From: an uncultured Pelagibacteraceae bacterium
Lineage (GTDB): Bacteria > Pseudomonadota > Alphaproteobacteria > Pelagibacterales > Pelagibacteraceae
Direction of reading: 5' to 3'
Assembly (NCBI GenBank): GCA_902558435.1
Contig: CACEDU010000002.1
Coordinates: 78,680-142,679 of the forward strand
Length of the DNA: 64,000 nucleotides
The notes beneath the pieces were generated by a model, which saw only the letters and a program-made list of their open reading frames with translations, did no database searches and had not been told where the DNA came from. Position numbers and translations under genes: made by a program. Of the stretch, positions 28,935 to 38,254 are shown piece after piece (positions within the stretch are counted from its first letter, which is position 1; every line of letters starts with the position of its first letter).

Positions 28935-29891
28935 ATGCTTTTTTTAATTATAAAAAGAATTTTGTTAGGTTTTATTACCTTATTTATTGTATCTATAATT
29001 ACGTTTGTAGGTACAGAAGTTTTACCAGGGGATGCATGCACTACTTATTTAGAAAGACAAGCTTTTGGTGAGCAATTAGAAGCTTGTTACAGAAGACTTG
29101 GTTTAAATATTCCAGCATATGAGAGATATGTATCGTGGGCATTAAATGCTATTCAAGGAGACTTCGGTTATTCTTTAAGTGGAGAGATGCCAATCAAAGA
29201 AGTTTTGGGACCTAGAATTAAAAATTCACTTGTATTGGCATCAGCTGCAATTTTTATAGGTATACCAATAGCCTTAATTTTAGGAATTATTACTGCTCTG
29301 TGGAGAGACAAGTTACCTGATGTTGCAATATCGACCGTAACAATATTTGCTATGACTATTCCAGAATTTATAAGTGCTACATTGTTAATCTTAATAATTG
29401 CAATATGGTTAGAGTGGTTACCTGGTATAGTAATAGTTCCAACAGATGTCTCTTTCTTAGAGTTGCTACCAAATATAATTTTACCAGTGGTTGCTATAGC
29501 TATGATTATGACAGCTCATATGGCTCGAATGGTAAGGTCAAGTGTAATTCAAGTAATGGCAAGTGAATATGTTCAAATGGCAATTCTTAAAGGAGTTCCT
29601 TATTGGAAAATGGTTTTCAAACATGTTTTACCAAACGCATTATTACCTGCTATTAATGTAGTAGCTTTGACTATTGCATGGCTTTTAGGCGGAGTTGTAG
29701 TAACCGAAGTTGTATTTAATTACCCTGGTCTTGGAAGACTAGTAATTGAGTCAATTTCAAACAGAGATTTACCAACAGTTCAAGCATTAGCAATAATTCT
29801 TGCATCTATCTACGTAAGTATAAATTTATTAGCTGATCTATTGACACTAATGCTTAACCCTAGATTAAAAACGTTACAGATAAGAAAATAA
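28935..29891 (+). CDS. ABC transporter permease, DppB/OppB-like
   Basis: 318 aa, six TM segments. Conserved loop MASEYVQMAILKGVPYWKMVFKHVLPNAL. Confidence 0.8.
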   Translation: MLFLIIKRILLGFITLFIVSIITFVGTEVLPGDACTTYLERQAFGEQLEACYRRLGLNIPAYERYVSWALNAIQGDFGYSLSGEMPIKEVLGPRIKNSLVLASAAIFIGIPIALILGIITALWRDKLPDVAISTVTIFAMTIPEFISATLLILIIAIWLEWLPGIVIVPTDVSFLELLPNIILPVVAIAMIMTAHMARMVRSSVIQVMASEYVQMAILKGVPYWKMVFKHVLPNALLPAINVVALTIAWLLGGVVVTEVVFNYPGLGRLVIESISNRDLPTVQALAIILASIYVSINLLADLLTLMLNPRLKTLQIRK

Positions 29892-29892
29892 T

Positions 29893-30786
29893 ATGAAATT
29901 GGATAATATTTACAAAGAGGAAAAGAAAAGCGCTGTTGCAAAATTATCTGAAATTATAATTACAATGGCTTCAAGACCATCTGGACTTATCGGTCTAAGT
30001 ATCTTAATTTTTCATATAATTCTTGCATTTATAAGCCCTTATATTGCTCCTCATGATTTTAAAGCTATAGATCCAACCTTAATGCTTCAGGCTCCTTCAG
30101 CCGAGTATTGGTTTGGAACTGATGACCTTGGAAGAGATGTTTTTACAAGAACGATTTTAGGAGGAAGAACAGCTCTCACAATAACTTTCTTTGGATCTTT
30201 AATAGCATTACTTTGGGGTGGTCTTTTAGGAATATTTTGTGGATTGGTTGGAGGAAAAATTGATGATGTAGTTATGAGAATTGTAGATGCGTTCTTATCT
30301 ATTCCATGGATATTAGCAATGTTATTAATTGTATCTTTGTTAGGGACATCTACTGAAGTATTGATACCTGCTTTAGGATTTTTTTATGGTAAAGGAATTG
30401 TAAGAGTTGCAAGAGCAGCAACACATGATGTTATCGCAAAAGACTTTATAGTCTCTGCAAAAGCGAGGGGACATAGCAATTTTTCAATTATTTGGAATGA
30501 AATAATTCCTAATGTAAGAGATGCAATATTAGTTGAAGGTGCAATGCGATGGTCATGGATGTTGCTTGGTTTTAGTTCTCTATCTTTTTTAGGTTTTGGG
30601 GTTAGTCCTCCAACTCCAGACTGGGGATTAATGATATCAAATGCAAGAGGGTTGATGTCTTTCGCTTATTGGGCAGTAATAGCACCAATTGTTGGATTAA
30701 GTAGTTTAATTATAGGTATTAATTTAACAGCAGACGCTTTTGCTAAAGCTTTAGGTATAGATAGATCAACTAAAGCTCCAGTTTAA
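29893..30786 (+). CDS. ABC transporter permease, DppC/OppC-like
   Basis: 297 aa. N-terminal TM then WFGTDDLGRDVFTR motif typical of OppC/DppC. Confidence 0.8.
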   Translation: MKLDNIYKEEKKSAVAKLSEIIITMASRPSGLIGLSILIFHIILAFISPYIAPHDFKAIDPTLMLQAPSAEYWFGTDDLGRDVFTRTILGGRTALTITFFGSLIALLWGGLLGIFCGLVGGKIDDVVMRIVDAFLSIPWILAMLLIVSLLGTSTEVLIPALGFFYGKGIVRVARAATHDVIAKDFIVSAKARGHSNFSIIWNEIIPNVRDAILVEGAMRWSWMLLGFSSLSFLGFGVSPPTPDWGLMISNARGLMSFAYWAVIAPIVGLSSLIIGINLTADAFAKALGIDRSTKAPV

Positions 30787-30788
30787 TA

Positions 30789-32813
30789 ATGACTGATATA
30801 ATTCAAAAAGTAAAAAACTTATCTATTGGATTTAGAAGTAAAAAAGGTGAAGAAATCTTAATTTTAAAAAATATAAGCACAAATATTAAAAAGGGTGAAA
30901 CAGTTGGAATAGTAGGGGAATCTGGTTCAGGAAAAAGCACATTAGCATTAGCAATGATGGGATATGTTAAACATGGACTTTATACCATTGAAGGAGAATG
31001 TCAGTTTAATTCATCAAATCTACTAAAAATGAAAAGTAAAGATTTAGAAAAAATTAGAGGTAGAAAGATAGCAATGATACCACAAAATGCAGGTCAAGCA
31101 TTGACACCAAACTTAAAAATAGGTTATCAAATTGATGAAGCTTTGCAATTACACTCTGATTTAAATGAAAAAGAGAGAGAAAAAAAAATTTCAGAACTAT
31201 TGAATAAAGTTAGACTTCCTTCACCTGAAACAATTGCTCTTAGATATCCTCATGAACTTTCAGGAGGACAACAGCAAAGAGTTGCTGTAGCTATGGCTTT
31301 AGCTGGAACTCCGGATTTACTTCTTTTAGATGAACCAACAACTGGACTCGATGTAACAACCCAAGCACATGTATTAGAACTTCTCAATTTTATTGCAAAA
31401 GATACTGGAACATCAATGGTTTATGTGAGCCATGACCTAGGAGCTATTGCTCAAGTGAGTGACAGAATTATTGTTATGTATTCAGGAGAAATCGTTTTAG
31501 AAGGTCCATCAAGAGATATCCTTAAAAGACCAATTCATCCTTATACCCACGGATTGCTTAAATCTATACCAAAATTATCTTTAGCTGGTCTTCCAGAGTC
31601 GATGCCTGGTAGTCAACCTCAACCGGGTACAATTCAAAGTGGTTGTAGTTTTTTTGATAGATGTAACTTTTCAGATGAAAATTGTAAAAATAATTCTCCT
31701 AAATTAGAATTTTTAAAAGATTTAAATACTAGTGTTAGATGTTTTAATTATGAAAAACTTGTGAACGAGAGTCAGGCTAGTCAAACTGTTAATAAAATTA
31801 AGAATAAATCACAAGATAAAGAAATATTAAATTTATCAGAAGTATCTATAAGTTACGCTAAACAAAAACTTTTAGATCAAATTTTCAATAGAATTTCTGA
31901 TGATAACCCTACTGTTAAAGATATTAATATTAATATTAAAAAGGGAGAGACAATAGCTTTAGTAGGAGAGTCAGGAAGTGGAAAATCAACAATTCTCAAA
32001 TCAATTGCTGGACTACTTAGAACTAAAGATGGTCTAATAAGGTTTGATGAAAATAGAAACTTATCATCTGATTTGAAAGAAAGAGATCCCAATGATTTAA
32101 GAATTATTCAATTAATATTTCAAAATCCAGATGAGTCTTTGAATCCAAACCACACAGTAGAAGAAATTATTGCTCAACCATTAAAACTATATTTTGGATT
32201 AAAAGGTGAAGAATTAAAAAAAAATATTGTTGACCTATTACAAAAAGTAAGACTTGGAGAATTTTATACTTCTAGATATCCAAGACAACTATCTGGAGGT
32301 GAAAAACAAAGAGTAGCGGTTGCAAGAGCTTTTGCCGCAAAACCAGATATTATTTTATGTGATGAGGTAACATCTGCTTTAGATGTTTCTGTACAAGCCG
32401 CTGTATTAAATTTGTTACAACAACTAAAAGAAGATTTTGGAACTACATATATCTTTGTATCACATGATTTAGCAGTTGTAAGAGCAATTAGTGATAGAGT
32501 AGCAGTCCTATATCAAGGAAGGTTATGTGAAGTTGGGCCTTCAAATGATGTTTATAAGTTTCCGTCTCACCCTTATACAGAGGTTTTGTTGGGTGCCGTC
32601 TTAGAACCAGATCCAGATATAAAACCTAAATTAGTTGCAGAGGATATTGTTGAAGAAAGACCTCCTGAAAAAGGCTGCAGTTTTCAAGGCAGATGCTCCA
32701 GAATTGTTGGAGATATTTGTAAGAAAGAAATACCACCATGGCAATTAACAGATAGTGGTAACGCTATCAGATGTCATATACCTATTAAAGAATTACAAAA
32801 AGAACAATTTTAA
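30789..32813 (+). CDS. Fused double ABC ATPase, DppD-DppF-like
   Basis: Two cassettes: Walker A GESGSGKST twice, signatures LSGGQQQRVAVAMAL and LSGGEKQRVAVARAF. Each is followed by a Cys-rich oligopeptide-type tail (GCSFFDRCNFSDENC; GCSFQGRCSRIVGDIC). Confidence 0.85.
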   Translation: MTDIIQKVKNLSIGFRSKKGEEILILKNISTNIKKGETVGIVGESGSGKSTLALAMMGYVKHGLYTIEGECQFNSSNLLKMKSKDLEKIRGRKIAMIPQNAGQALTPNLKIGYQIDEALQLHSDLNEKEREKKISELLNKVRLPSPETIALRYPHELSGGQQQRVAVAMALAGTPDLLLLDEPTTGLDVTTQAHVLELLNFIAKDTGTSMVYVSHDLGAIAQVSDRIIVMYSGEIVLEGPSRDILKRPIHPYTHGLLKSIPKLSLAGLPESMPGSQPQPGTIQSGCSFFDRCNFSDENCKNNSPKLEFLKDLNTSVRCFNYEKLVNESQASQTVNKIKNKSQDKEILNLSEVSISYAKQKLLDQIFNRISDDNPTVKDININIKKGETIALVGESGSGKSTILKSIAGLLRTKDGLIRFDENRNLSSDLKERDPNDLRIIQLIFQNPDESLNPNHTVEEIIAQPLKLYFGLKGEELKKNIVDLLQKVRLGEFYTSRYPRQLSGGEKQRVAVARAFAAKPDIILCDEVTSALDVSVQAAVLNLLQQLKEDFGTTYIFVSHDLAVVRAISDRVAVLYQGRLCEVGPSNDVYKFPSHPYTEVLLGAVLEPDPDIKPKLVAEDIVEERPPEKGCSFQGRCSRIVGDICKKEIPPWQLTDSGNAIRCHIPIKELQKEQF

Positions 32814-32866
32814 AAGATTAAATTTATTATTTTAAAATTTATTTATTTGTGCTTAAATAATAATGT

Positions 32867-33430
32867 ATGAAAAATAATTCTACATTAATAAAAAATTTAC
32901 TTTCAGATTATAGAATAAATGCCTTTTTTCAAAATATTTCTTTAATGTTGATTGGAACATTAATTTTAGCATTTTCATCAAAAGTACAAGTACCATTCTG
33001 GCCAGTGCCAATGACTATGCAAACATTTGCGGTATTTATAATTGGAATGACATATGGTTCTAAATTAGCTTTCTTTACACTTTTACTTTACTTATTCGAG
33101 GGAGCCATTGGACTGCCAGTTTTTGCTAAAGGAGGAGGATTGCTTTATTTAACTGGACCTACTGCAGGATATCTTTATGGAATGACAATCGCAGCAGGGA
33201 TTATCGGTTATTTAGCTGAAAGAAATTTTAACGACTCATACTTTAAAAGTTTAATTTCACTACTAATTGCAACTTCAATTATTTTTATAGTTGGGGTGGG
33301 CTATTTAGGCTCAGTTATTGGATATGACAAGGCACTTGCTGGTGGTTTATATCCTTTTTTACCAAGTGAATTGTTTAAAATTGCACTAGCTGTTGCAATT
33401 ATTCCTTCAATTACAAAATTTATTAGATAG
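32867..33430 (+). CDS. bioY: Biotin transporter BioY (solitary S-component)
   Basis: 187 aa, six hydrophobic segments. VPFWPVPMTMQTFAVF and GPTAGYLYG motifs are characteristic of BioY. Confidence 0.8.
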   Translation: MKNNSTLIKNLLSDYRINAFFQNISLMLIGTLILAFSSKVQVPFWPVPMTMQTFAVFIIGMTYGSKLAFFTLLLYLFEGAIGLPVFAKGGGLLYLTGPTAGYLYGMTIAAGIIGYLAERNFNDSYFKSLISLLIATSIIFIVGVGYLGSVIGYDKALAGGLYPFLPSELFKIALAVAIIPSITKFIR

Positions 33431-33501
33431 TATTTTAGAGCTATTTAATGGCTTTAAGTTGCTCTTAAAGAAGTTTTTTACTATAAGCATTTATTCTCAT
33501 T

Positions 33502-35724
33502 ATGAAAATTAATAAAGTTGTTGTAATAGGTTCAGGGACGATGGGGAGCGGAATAGCTGCTCAACTATGTAATGCAAATGTTCCAGTTACATTACTAGAT
33601 TTAACAACAGAAATATCTGAGAAAGCTAGAGAAAGAATTCTAAAATCAAGACCTCCTTTATTGGTCGATAAATCTAAAATCAATAATATTAATGTTGGTA
33701 ACATAAATGATAACTTTAATGAAGTTGGTGAGGCTGACTGGATTGTTGAAGCTGTTGTAGAAAGAATTGATATCAAACATAATATTTATGAAAAAATTTT
33801 TAAAGAAAGAAAAAAAGGGTCAATTGTGTCCTCAAATACATCTTCTATTCCAATCAAAGTACTTTCGGAAAAACTTTCAAATGAAGAAAAAAAAGACTTT
33901 TGTATAACTCACTTTTTTAATCCAGTTAGATATATGGATTTATTAGAAATTGTGAAAAATGAAAATAATGATTTAGAACAGATAAATTCACTTAAAAATT
34001 TTTGTGAAAAAGATTTAGGAAAAGGAACTTTAATCTGTAACGATACGCCAGGCTTCTTAGGAAATAGAATAGGTGTCTATGCCATGCAAGTAGCAATGAC
34101 AGAAGCATTCAAAATGAAACTAACAATTGAAGAAGCTGATGCAGTTTTTGGTCGACCAATGGGAATACCAAAAACTGGTGTTTTTGGACTCTATGATTTG
34201 ATCGGTATTGATTTAATGGCTGATGTTTTAAAAAGTTTTATAAAAGAACTTCCCGAGTCAGATGATTTTCAAGTTGTTGCTAAAGAAATACCACTTGTAA
34301 AAAAACTTATCGAAACTGGTTATACAGGAAGAAAAGGCAAAGGTGGATTTTATAGAATGAATAAAACTGATGGTAAAAAAGTTCTCGAAGGTATCAATTT
34401 AGAAACTGGTGAATATTCAATATCACATAAGTTTAATCTAGGATCAGAAAAGATGGATATAGTTAACTTAATCAATAGAAAAGATAAATATGGTGAATAT
34501 GCCTGGTCTGTATTATCAAAAATTATTAAATATGCATCTTCATTGGTTCCAGGGATAACTGATAAATTTAATGATATTGATGAAGCAATGAGACTAGGTT
34601 TTAATTGGTCTAAAGGACCTTTCGAAATGTTAAAAGAAATTGGAGTAAAGAATTTTTTTGAAAGATTAGATAATTTCGAAAATAATAAGTTTCTCGAAGA
34701 TTTATCGAAAAGTAAAGATGAAAACTTTTATGGGGAAAGACAACAATATACTGATTTAGAAACTCTTGGAAAAATTAAACCTAAAGCACTCAAATTAGAT
34801 AAAAACAACTCAGCTGAAATTTATCGATTCAATGATTTTAATATTGTTGAATTCACCACAAAAGCTAATGCATTAGATTATGACTCAATGGATAGTCTAA
34901 AAAATGCAACTGATAAACCACTTATAATTATAAATGAAGCAATGCAGTTTTCTGCTGGAGTAAACTTATCTTATACAATGAATTTTGCAGGCAAGGGTGA
35001 TTTTAAATCTATTGAAAAGTTTGTTAAATATTTTCAAGAAACTTGTAAACATTTAAAGTATTCAAAATTTCCGGTTGTTTCAGCTCCATCTGGCTTAGCA
35101 TTAGGTGGTGGTTTTGAAGTTTTATGTCAAAGTAATTTTGTCGCTTCTCATACAAATATTGTTGTTGGTCTTGTAGAAACAATGGTTGGATTAATTCCAG
35201 CTGGTGGTGGATGTAAAGAAATGCTTTGGAGATGGTCTCAAACAGAGGAAGCCAAGAATGATCCTGATTATGCACCTCTTAAAGTATTTGATATTATTGG
35301 TTACGCAAAAACTGCAACCTCTCCAATTGAAGCTGAGCCATTAAAATACTTAAGACCTGAGGATAAAAAAATAATGAGTAGAAATAGTTTATTATCAGTT
35401 TCAAAAGAAATTATTCAACAAAATAAAGATTTTACTCCACCAAATGAAGTTTCTTTCAATCTATCTGGAAAAAAAGTTTATGAAAAAATGATACAAATGT
35501 TAGAGAAATTATATAATGATAAAATTATACTTGATCATGGTATGGAAGTTGGAAAAGAATTGGCAAAAGTTTTGAGTGGTGGAGATACTACTTTGGAACA
35601 TACTTTATCAGAGGATGACTTGTATAAGCTTGAGCTAGATGCGTTTATGAAATTAATTGAAACAGAAAAAACTCAAGATAGAATAAAACACACTTTAGCC
35701 ACTGGAAAACCACTAGTTAATTAA
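33502..35724 (+). CDS. Bifunctional 3-hydroxyacyl-CoA dehydrogenase / enoyl-CoA hydratase (dehydrogenase domain N-terminal)
   Basis: N-terminal Rossmann VVVIGSGTMGSGIAAQL and CNDTPGFLGNR motifs. C-terminal crotonase fold with SGLALGGGFEVLCQSNF; 740 aa. Confidence 0.85.
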   Translation: MKINKVVVIGSGTMGSGIAAQLCNANVPVTLLDLTTEISEKARERILKSRPPLLVDKSKINNINVGNINDNFNEVGEADWIVEAVVERIDIKHNIYEKIFKERKKGSIVSSNTSSIPIKVLSEKLSNEEKKDFCITHFFNPVRYMDLLEIVKNENNDLEQINSLKNFCEKDLGKGTLICNDTPGFLGNRIGVYAMQVAMTEAFKMKLTIEEADAVFGRPMGIPKTGVFGLYDLIGIDLMADVLKSFIKELPESDDFQVVAKEIPLVKKLIETGYTGRKGKGGFYRMNKTDGKKVLEGINLETGEYSISHKFNLGSEKMDIVNLINRKDKYGEYAWSVLSKIIKYASSLVPGITDKFNDIDEAMRLGFNWSKGPFEMLKEIGVKNFFERLDNFENNKFLEDLSKSKDENFYGERQQYTDLETLGKIKPKALKLDKNNSAEIYRFNDFNIVEFTTKANALDYDSMDSLKNATDKPLIIINEAMQFSAGVNLSYTMNFAGKGDFKSIEKFVKYFQETCKHLKYSKFPVVSAPSGLALGGGFEVLCQSNFVASHTNIVVGLVETMVGLIPAGGGCKEMLWRWSQTEEAKNDPDYAPLKVFDIIGYAKTATSPIEAEPLKYLRPEDKKIMSRNSLLSVSKEIIQQNKDFTPPNEVSFNLSGKKVYEKMIQMLEKLYNDKIILDHGMEVGKELAKVLSGGDTTLEHTLSEDDLYKLELDAFMKLIETEKTQDRIKHTLATGKPLVN

Positions 35725-35731
35725 ATTTATT

Positions 35732-35860
35732 ATGTCGAAAAAACCAACAAAAAAACAAGTAGATACAGCTACAAAAATTCTAATTTCTTGGAAAAAGAAA
35801 ATGCCATATTATTACGCAACTGCAATAATAATAGTTTTTTTAATTGTATTGTTCCAATAA
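35732..35860 (+). CDS. Candidate 42-aa small membrane protein (unannotated in the track)
   Basis: My translation: MSKKPTKKQVDTATKILISWKKKMPYYYATAIIIVFLIVLFQ-stop. Lys-rich head plus one hydrophobic tail. No SD. The 3' end overlaps the convergent cyclophilin gene by 21 nt. Confidence 0.25.
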   Translation: MSKKPTKKQVDTATKILISWKKKMPYYYATAIIIVFLIVLFQ

Positions 35861-36493
35861 TTTTAAATCACTTAAGAAATCTGGTCTTAAAACATATTCT
35901 GTCTTATCTGAGGATTTAATTTTAGTTAATGCATCCAATCCATAAATAACTTTACCAATTGGTGTATATTCTCCTTTAAATAATGGTACATCTTTTAATA
36001 AAATAAAAAATTCACTATCCTCAGTATTGAATTCATCACCTCTAACTAAACCTACGCTACCAGCATTAAACTCAAATGTAATATTTATTTCAGAGTTAAT
36101 TGGACCAAGTTTTGATTTACCACTACCCACTCTGAAATAATCTATATTTTCTATGTTACCAAATTCTAAATCCCCTGCTTGCAATAATGTGTTTTTGATA
36201 ACTCTATAAAAAGCTGATCCATCATAATCTCCATTTGATATAAAAAATTTAAACCTTTCTACAGAATTTGGAGATAAATTTGGTAAAAGCTCAATAATAA
36301 CCATACCGCATTCTACATTCATAATTGCAATATTATTTTTATTTGGGAAATTGATTTTTTTTAAATCTATTTTATCGACAAAAAGGCACTTATTTTTAAT
36401 TGTGTAAAAAAATACAAACGAAGTAATTGCAAGTAAAATTAAAAAAATAAATAATATTTTCTCTCCTGTTGATGCTTTTATTTTTTTTATCAT
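35840..36493 (-). CDS. Cyclophilin-type peptidyl-prolyl cis-trans isomerase with N-terminal membrane anchor
   Basis: N-terminal TM ILFIFLILLAITSFVFFYTI. Cyclophilin motifs VIIELLPNLSPNSVERFKFF, FYRVIKNTLLQAGD, SEFFILL, IGKVIYGLDAL. Confidence 0.8.
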   Translation of the reverse strand: MIKKIKASTGEKILFIFLILLAITSFVFFYTIKNKCLFVDKIDLKKINFPNKNNIAIMNVECGMVIIELLPNLSPNSVERFKFFISNGDYDGSAFYRVIKNTLLQAGDLEFGNIENIDYFRVGSGKSKLGPINSEINITFEFNAGSVGLVRGDEFNTEDSEFFILLKDVPLFKGEYTPIGKVIYGLDALTKIKSSDKTEYVLRPDFLSDLKLLEQYN

Positions 36494-36499
36494 AAATGA

Positions 36500-37222
36500 T
36501 TATAAATTATTTATCTTTTTTATTTTGGACTCTATGAATTCAGCTTTTTTAAATATTATTGGATCGATTTTTTTAATTTTTTCTAAATTTTTATTATCTG
36601 TAATTAAAAAAGAATAGACTTCAGCCATATCCTCTGATGGTATTGTCTTAGAGTATTCGGTTAAAAAACCATCTGTATTTTTGTAAATATCTAAGCCTAA
36701 TTTATCTGTACATGTAGAACAATCTGCATATTTAAAACCTTTTTTATTTAAATTTGACCAAGCTTCTTCATTAAATATTTCTGGAAAACTATCATGTATT
36801 AGATGAAACACTTCATGATGTATAACTCTTTCAAAATGTTTTTCATTAAACTCTAGATCCAATATTAATGTTCTTTTATTTAAATCAGGTATCCCAGCTG
36901 TATTTATTTTTGATATGTATAGATTTTGACAAAGAACTATAAATCTTAAATTTATTTTTTTTAAAAATTCATAATCGTAAATATCTAAATTTCTCTTTAT
37001 CAATGAAAATTTATTGTCTAAGTTTTTTTCTCCTAGTTTATTACAACTAATATTACTCTGAACGCCAATTTTAAAATTTTTTTTAGCTGTTAAGTACTTA
37101 AGACCGTTTTTATTATTTAAACTAAAAGTTTTTAGGTTTGGAATCTTTAATAGATAATTAATCTCATCAGCTTTGAGTAAATTAAATTGAAATATCAGCA
37201 ATAAAATAAACAAAATTCTCAT
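36500..37222 (-). CDS. Secreted hypothetical protein with HExxH zinc-metallopeptidase-like motif
   Basis: Signal peptide MRILFILLLIFQFNLLKA. VIHHEVFHLIHD contains HEVFH. Function inferred only from the motif. Confidence 0.45.
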   Translation of the reverse strand: MRILFILLLIFQFNLLKADEINYLLKIPNLKTFSLNNKNGLKYLTAKKNFKIGVQSNISCNKLGEKNLDNKFSLIKRNLDIYDYEFLKKINLRFIVLCQNLYISKINTAGIPDLNKRTLILDLEFNEKHFERVIHHEVFHLIHDSFPEIFNEEAWSNLNKKGFKYADCSTCTDKLGLDIYKNTDGFLTEYSKTIPSEDMAEVYSFLITDNKNLEKIKKIDPIIFKKAEFIESKIKKINNL

Positions 37223-37274
37223 TAAATAAATATAGAACTATATGCTAAAATAATATTACTTTAGAAAATTAAAA

Positions 37275-38234
37275 ATGAAAAAAGAAAAAAATAAAAACCC
37301 AAAACAGCCAGTGAGCGGTACTAAAGTTCCTAGATATGCTGGACCCTCAACATTTGCTAGGTTGCCTGAACTCAGAGATGTAGATAGTTGTGATGTTGCC
37401 ATTGTTGGAGTACCTTTTGATTCAGGAACTAGTTACAGACCCGGTGCAAGATTTGGACCACAAAGTATTAGACAAGCTTCAAGGCATTTAAGAACAAATT
37501 ATCACCCAAGTTATGATGTTGAACCATTTAAAATACAACAAGTTGCAGATGCAGGAGATATTGCTTGTAATCCTTTTAATATTGACGAAGCAATAAAACA
37601 AATTGAAGTTGGCGCAACTAATTTACTAAATAAAGTAGGAGGAATTATTAGTCTTGGAGGAGACCATACCATTGCAGTACCTTTACTTAGAGCAGCAAAT
37701 AAAAAAAATAATGGACCTGTATCATTAGTGCATTTTGATGCTCATTTAGACACTTGGGATACTTATTTTGGAGCACCATACACACATGGAACGCCTTTTA
37801 GAAGAGCGCGTGAAGAAAATTTATTTTTAGACGATGCATCTATGCATGTTGGTATTAGAGGTCCATTGTACAGTAGAGATGATATAAAGAATGATGAAAG
37901 TTTTGGTTTTAAAATAATTCATTGTGATGAATTTCAAACTGAGGGAACTGATAAAATTGCCGAAAGAATTAAAAAAAGAGTTGGAGATAATGCTTTGTAC
38001 TTATCTATTGATATTGATGTTTTAGATCCTGCATTTGCACCAGGAACAGGAACACCTGAAATTGCAGGTATGACCACAAGAGAAATGGTAAATGTTCTTA
38101 GAGGGTTGTCAGGTCTAAATTTAATCTCAGCAGACGTGGTGGAGGTTGCACCAGCATATGATCATGCTGAAGTTACTTCTCTTGCAGCTGCTACAATTGT
38201 TTACGAATTAACTAATTTATTTGCAAAATCATAA
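37275..38234 (+). CDS. Ureohydrolase family enzyme (agmatinase / guanidinobutyrase-like)
   Basis: Mn-ligand motifs GGDHTIA, HFDAHLDT, SIDIDVLDPAFAPGTGTPE; 319 aa. Confidence 0.85.
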   Translation: MKKEKNKNPKQPVSGTKVPRYAGPSTFARLPELRDVDSCDVAIVGVPFDSGTSYRPGARFGPQSIRQASRHLRTNYHPSYDVEPFKIQQVADAGDIACNPFNIDEAIKQIEVGATNLLNKVGGIISLGGDHTIAVPLLRAANKKNNGPVSLVHFDAHLDTWDTYFGAPYTHGTPFRRAREENLFLDDASMHVGIRGPLYSRDDIKNDESFGFKIIHCDEFQTEGTDKIAERIKKRVGDNALYLSIDIDVLDPAFAPGTGTPEIAGMTTREMVNVLRGLSGLNLISADVVEVAPAYDHAEVTSLAAATIVYELTNLFAKS

Positions 38235-38254
38235 GGAAAGGATAATTTGCGCGA

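Noticed and set aside
33431-33501. Weak inverted repeat (TTTAGAGC ... GCTCTTAAA) after bioY, considered as a possible terminator.
   Set aside because: The stem is short and bulged, the loop is about 19 nt long, and the sequence is AT-rich. This is not distinguishable from chance.
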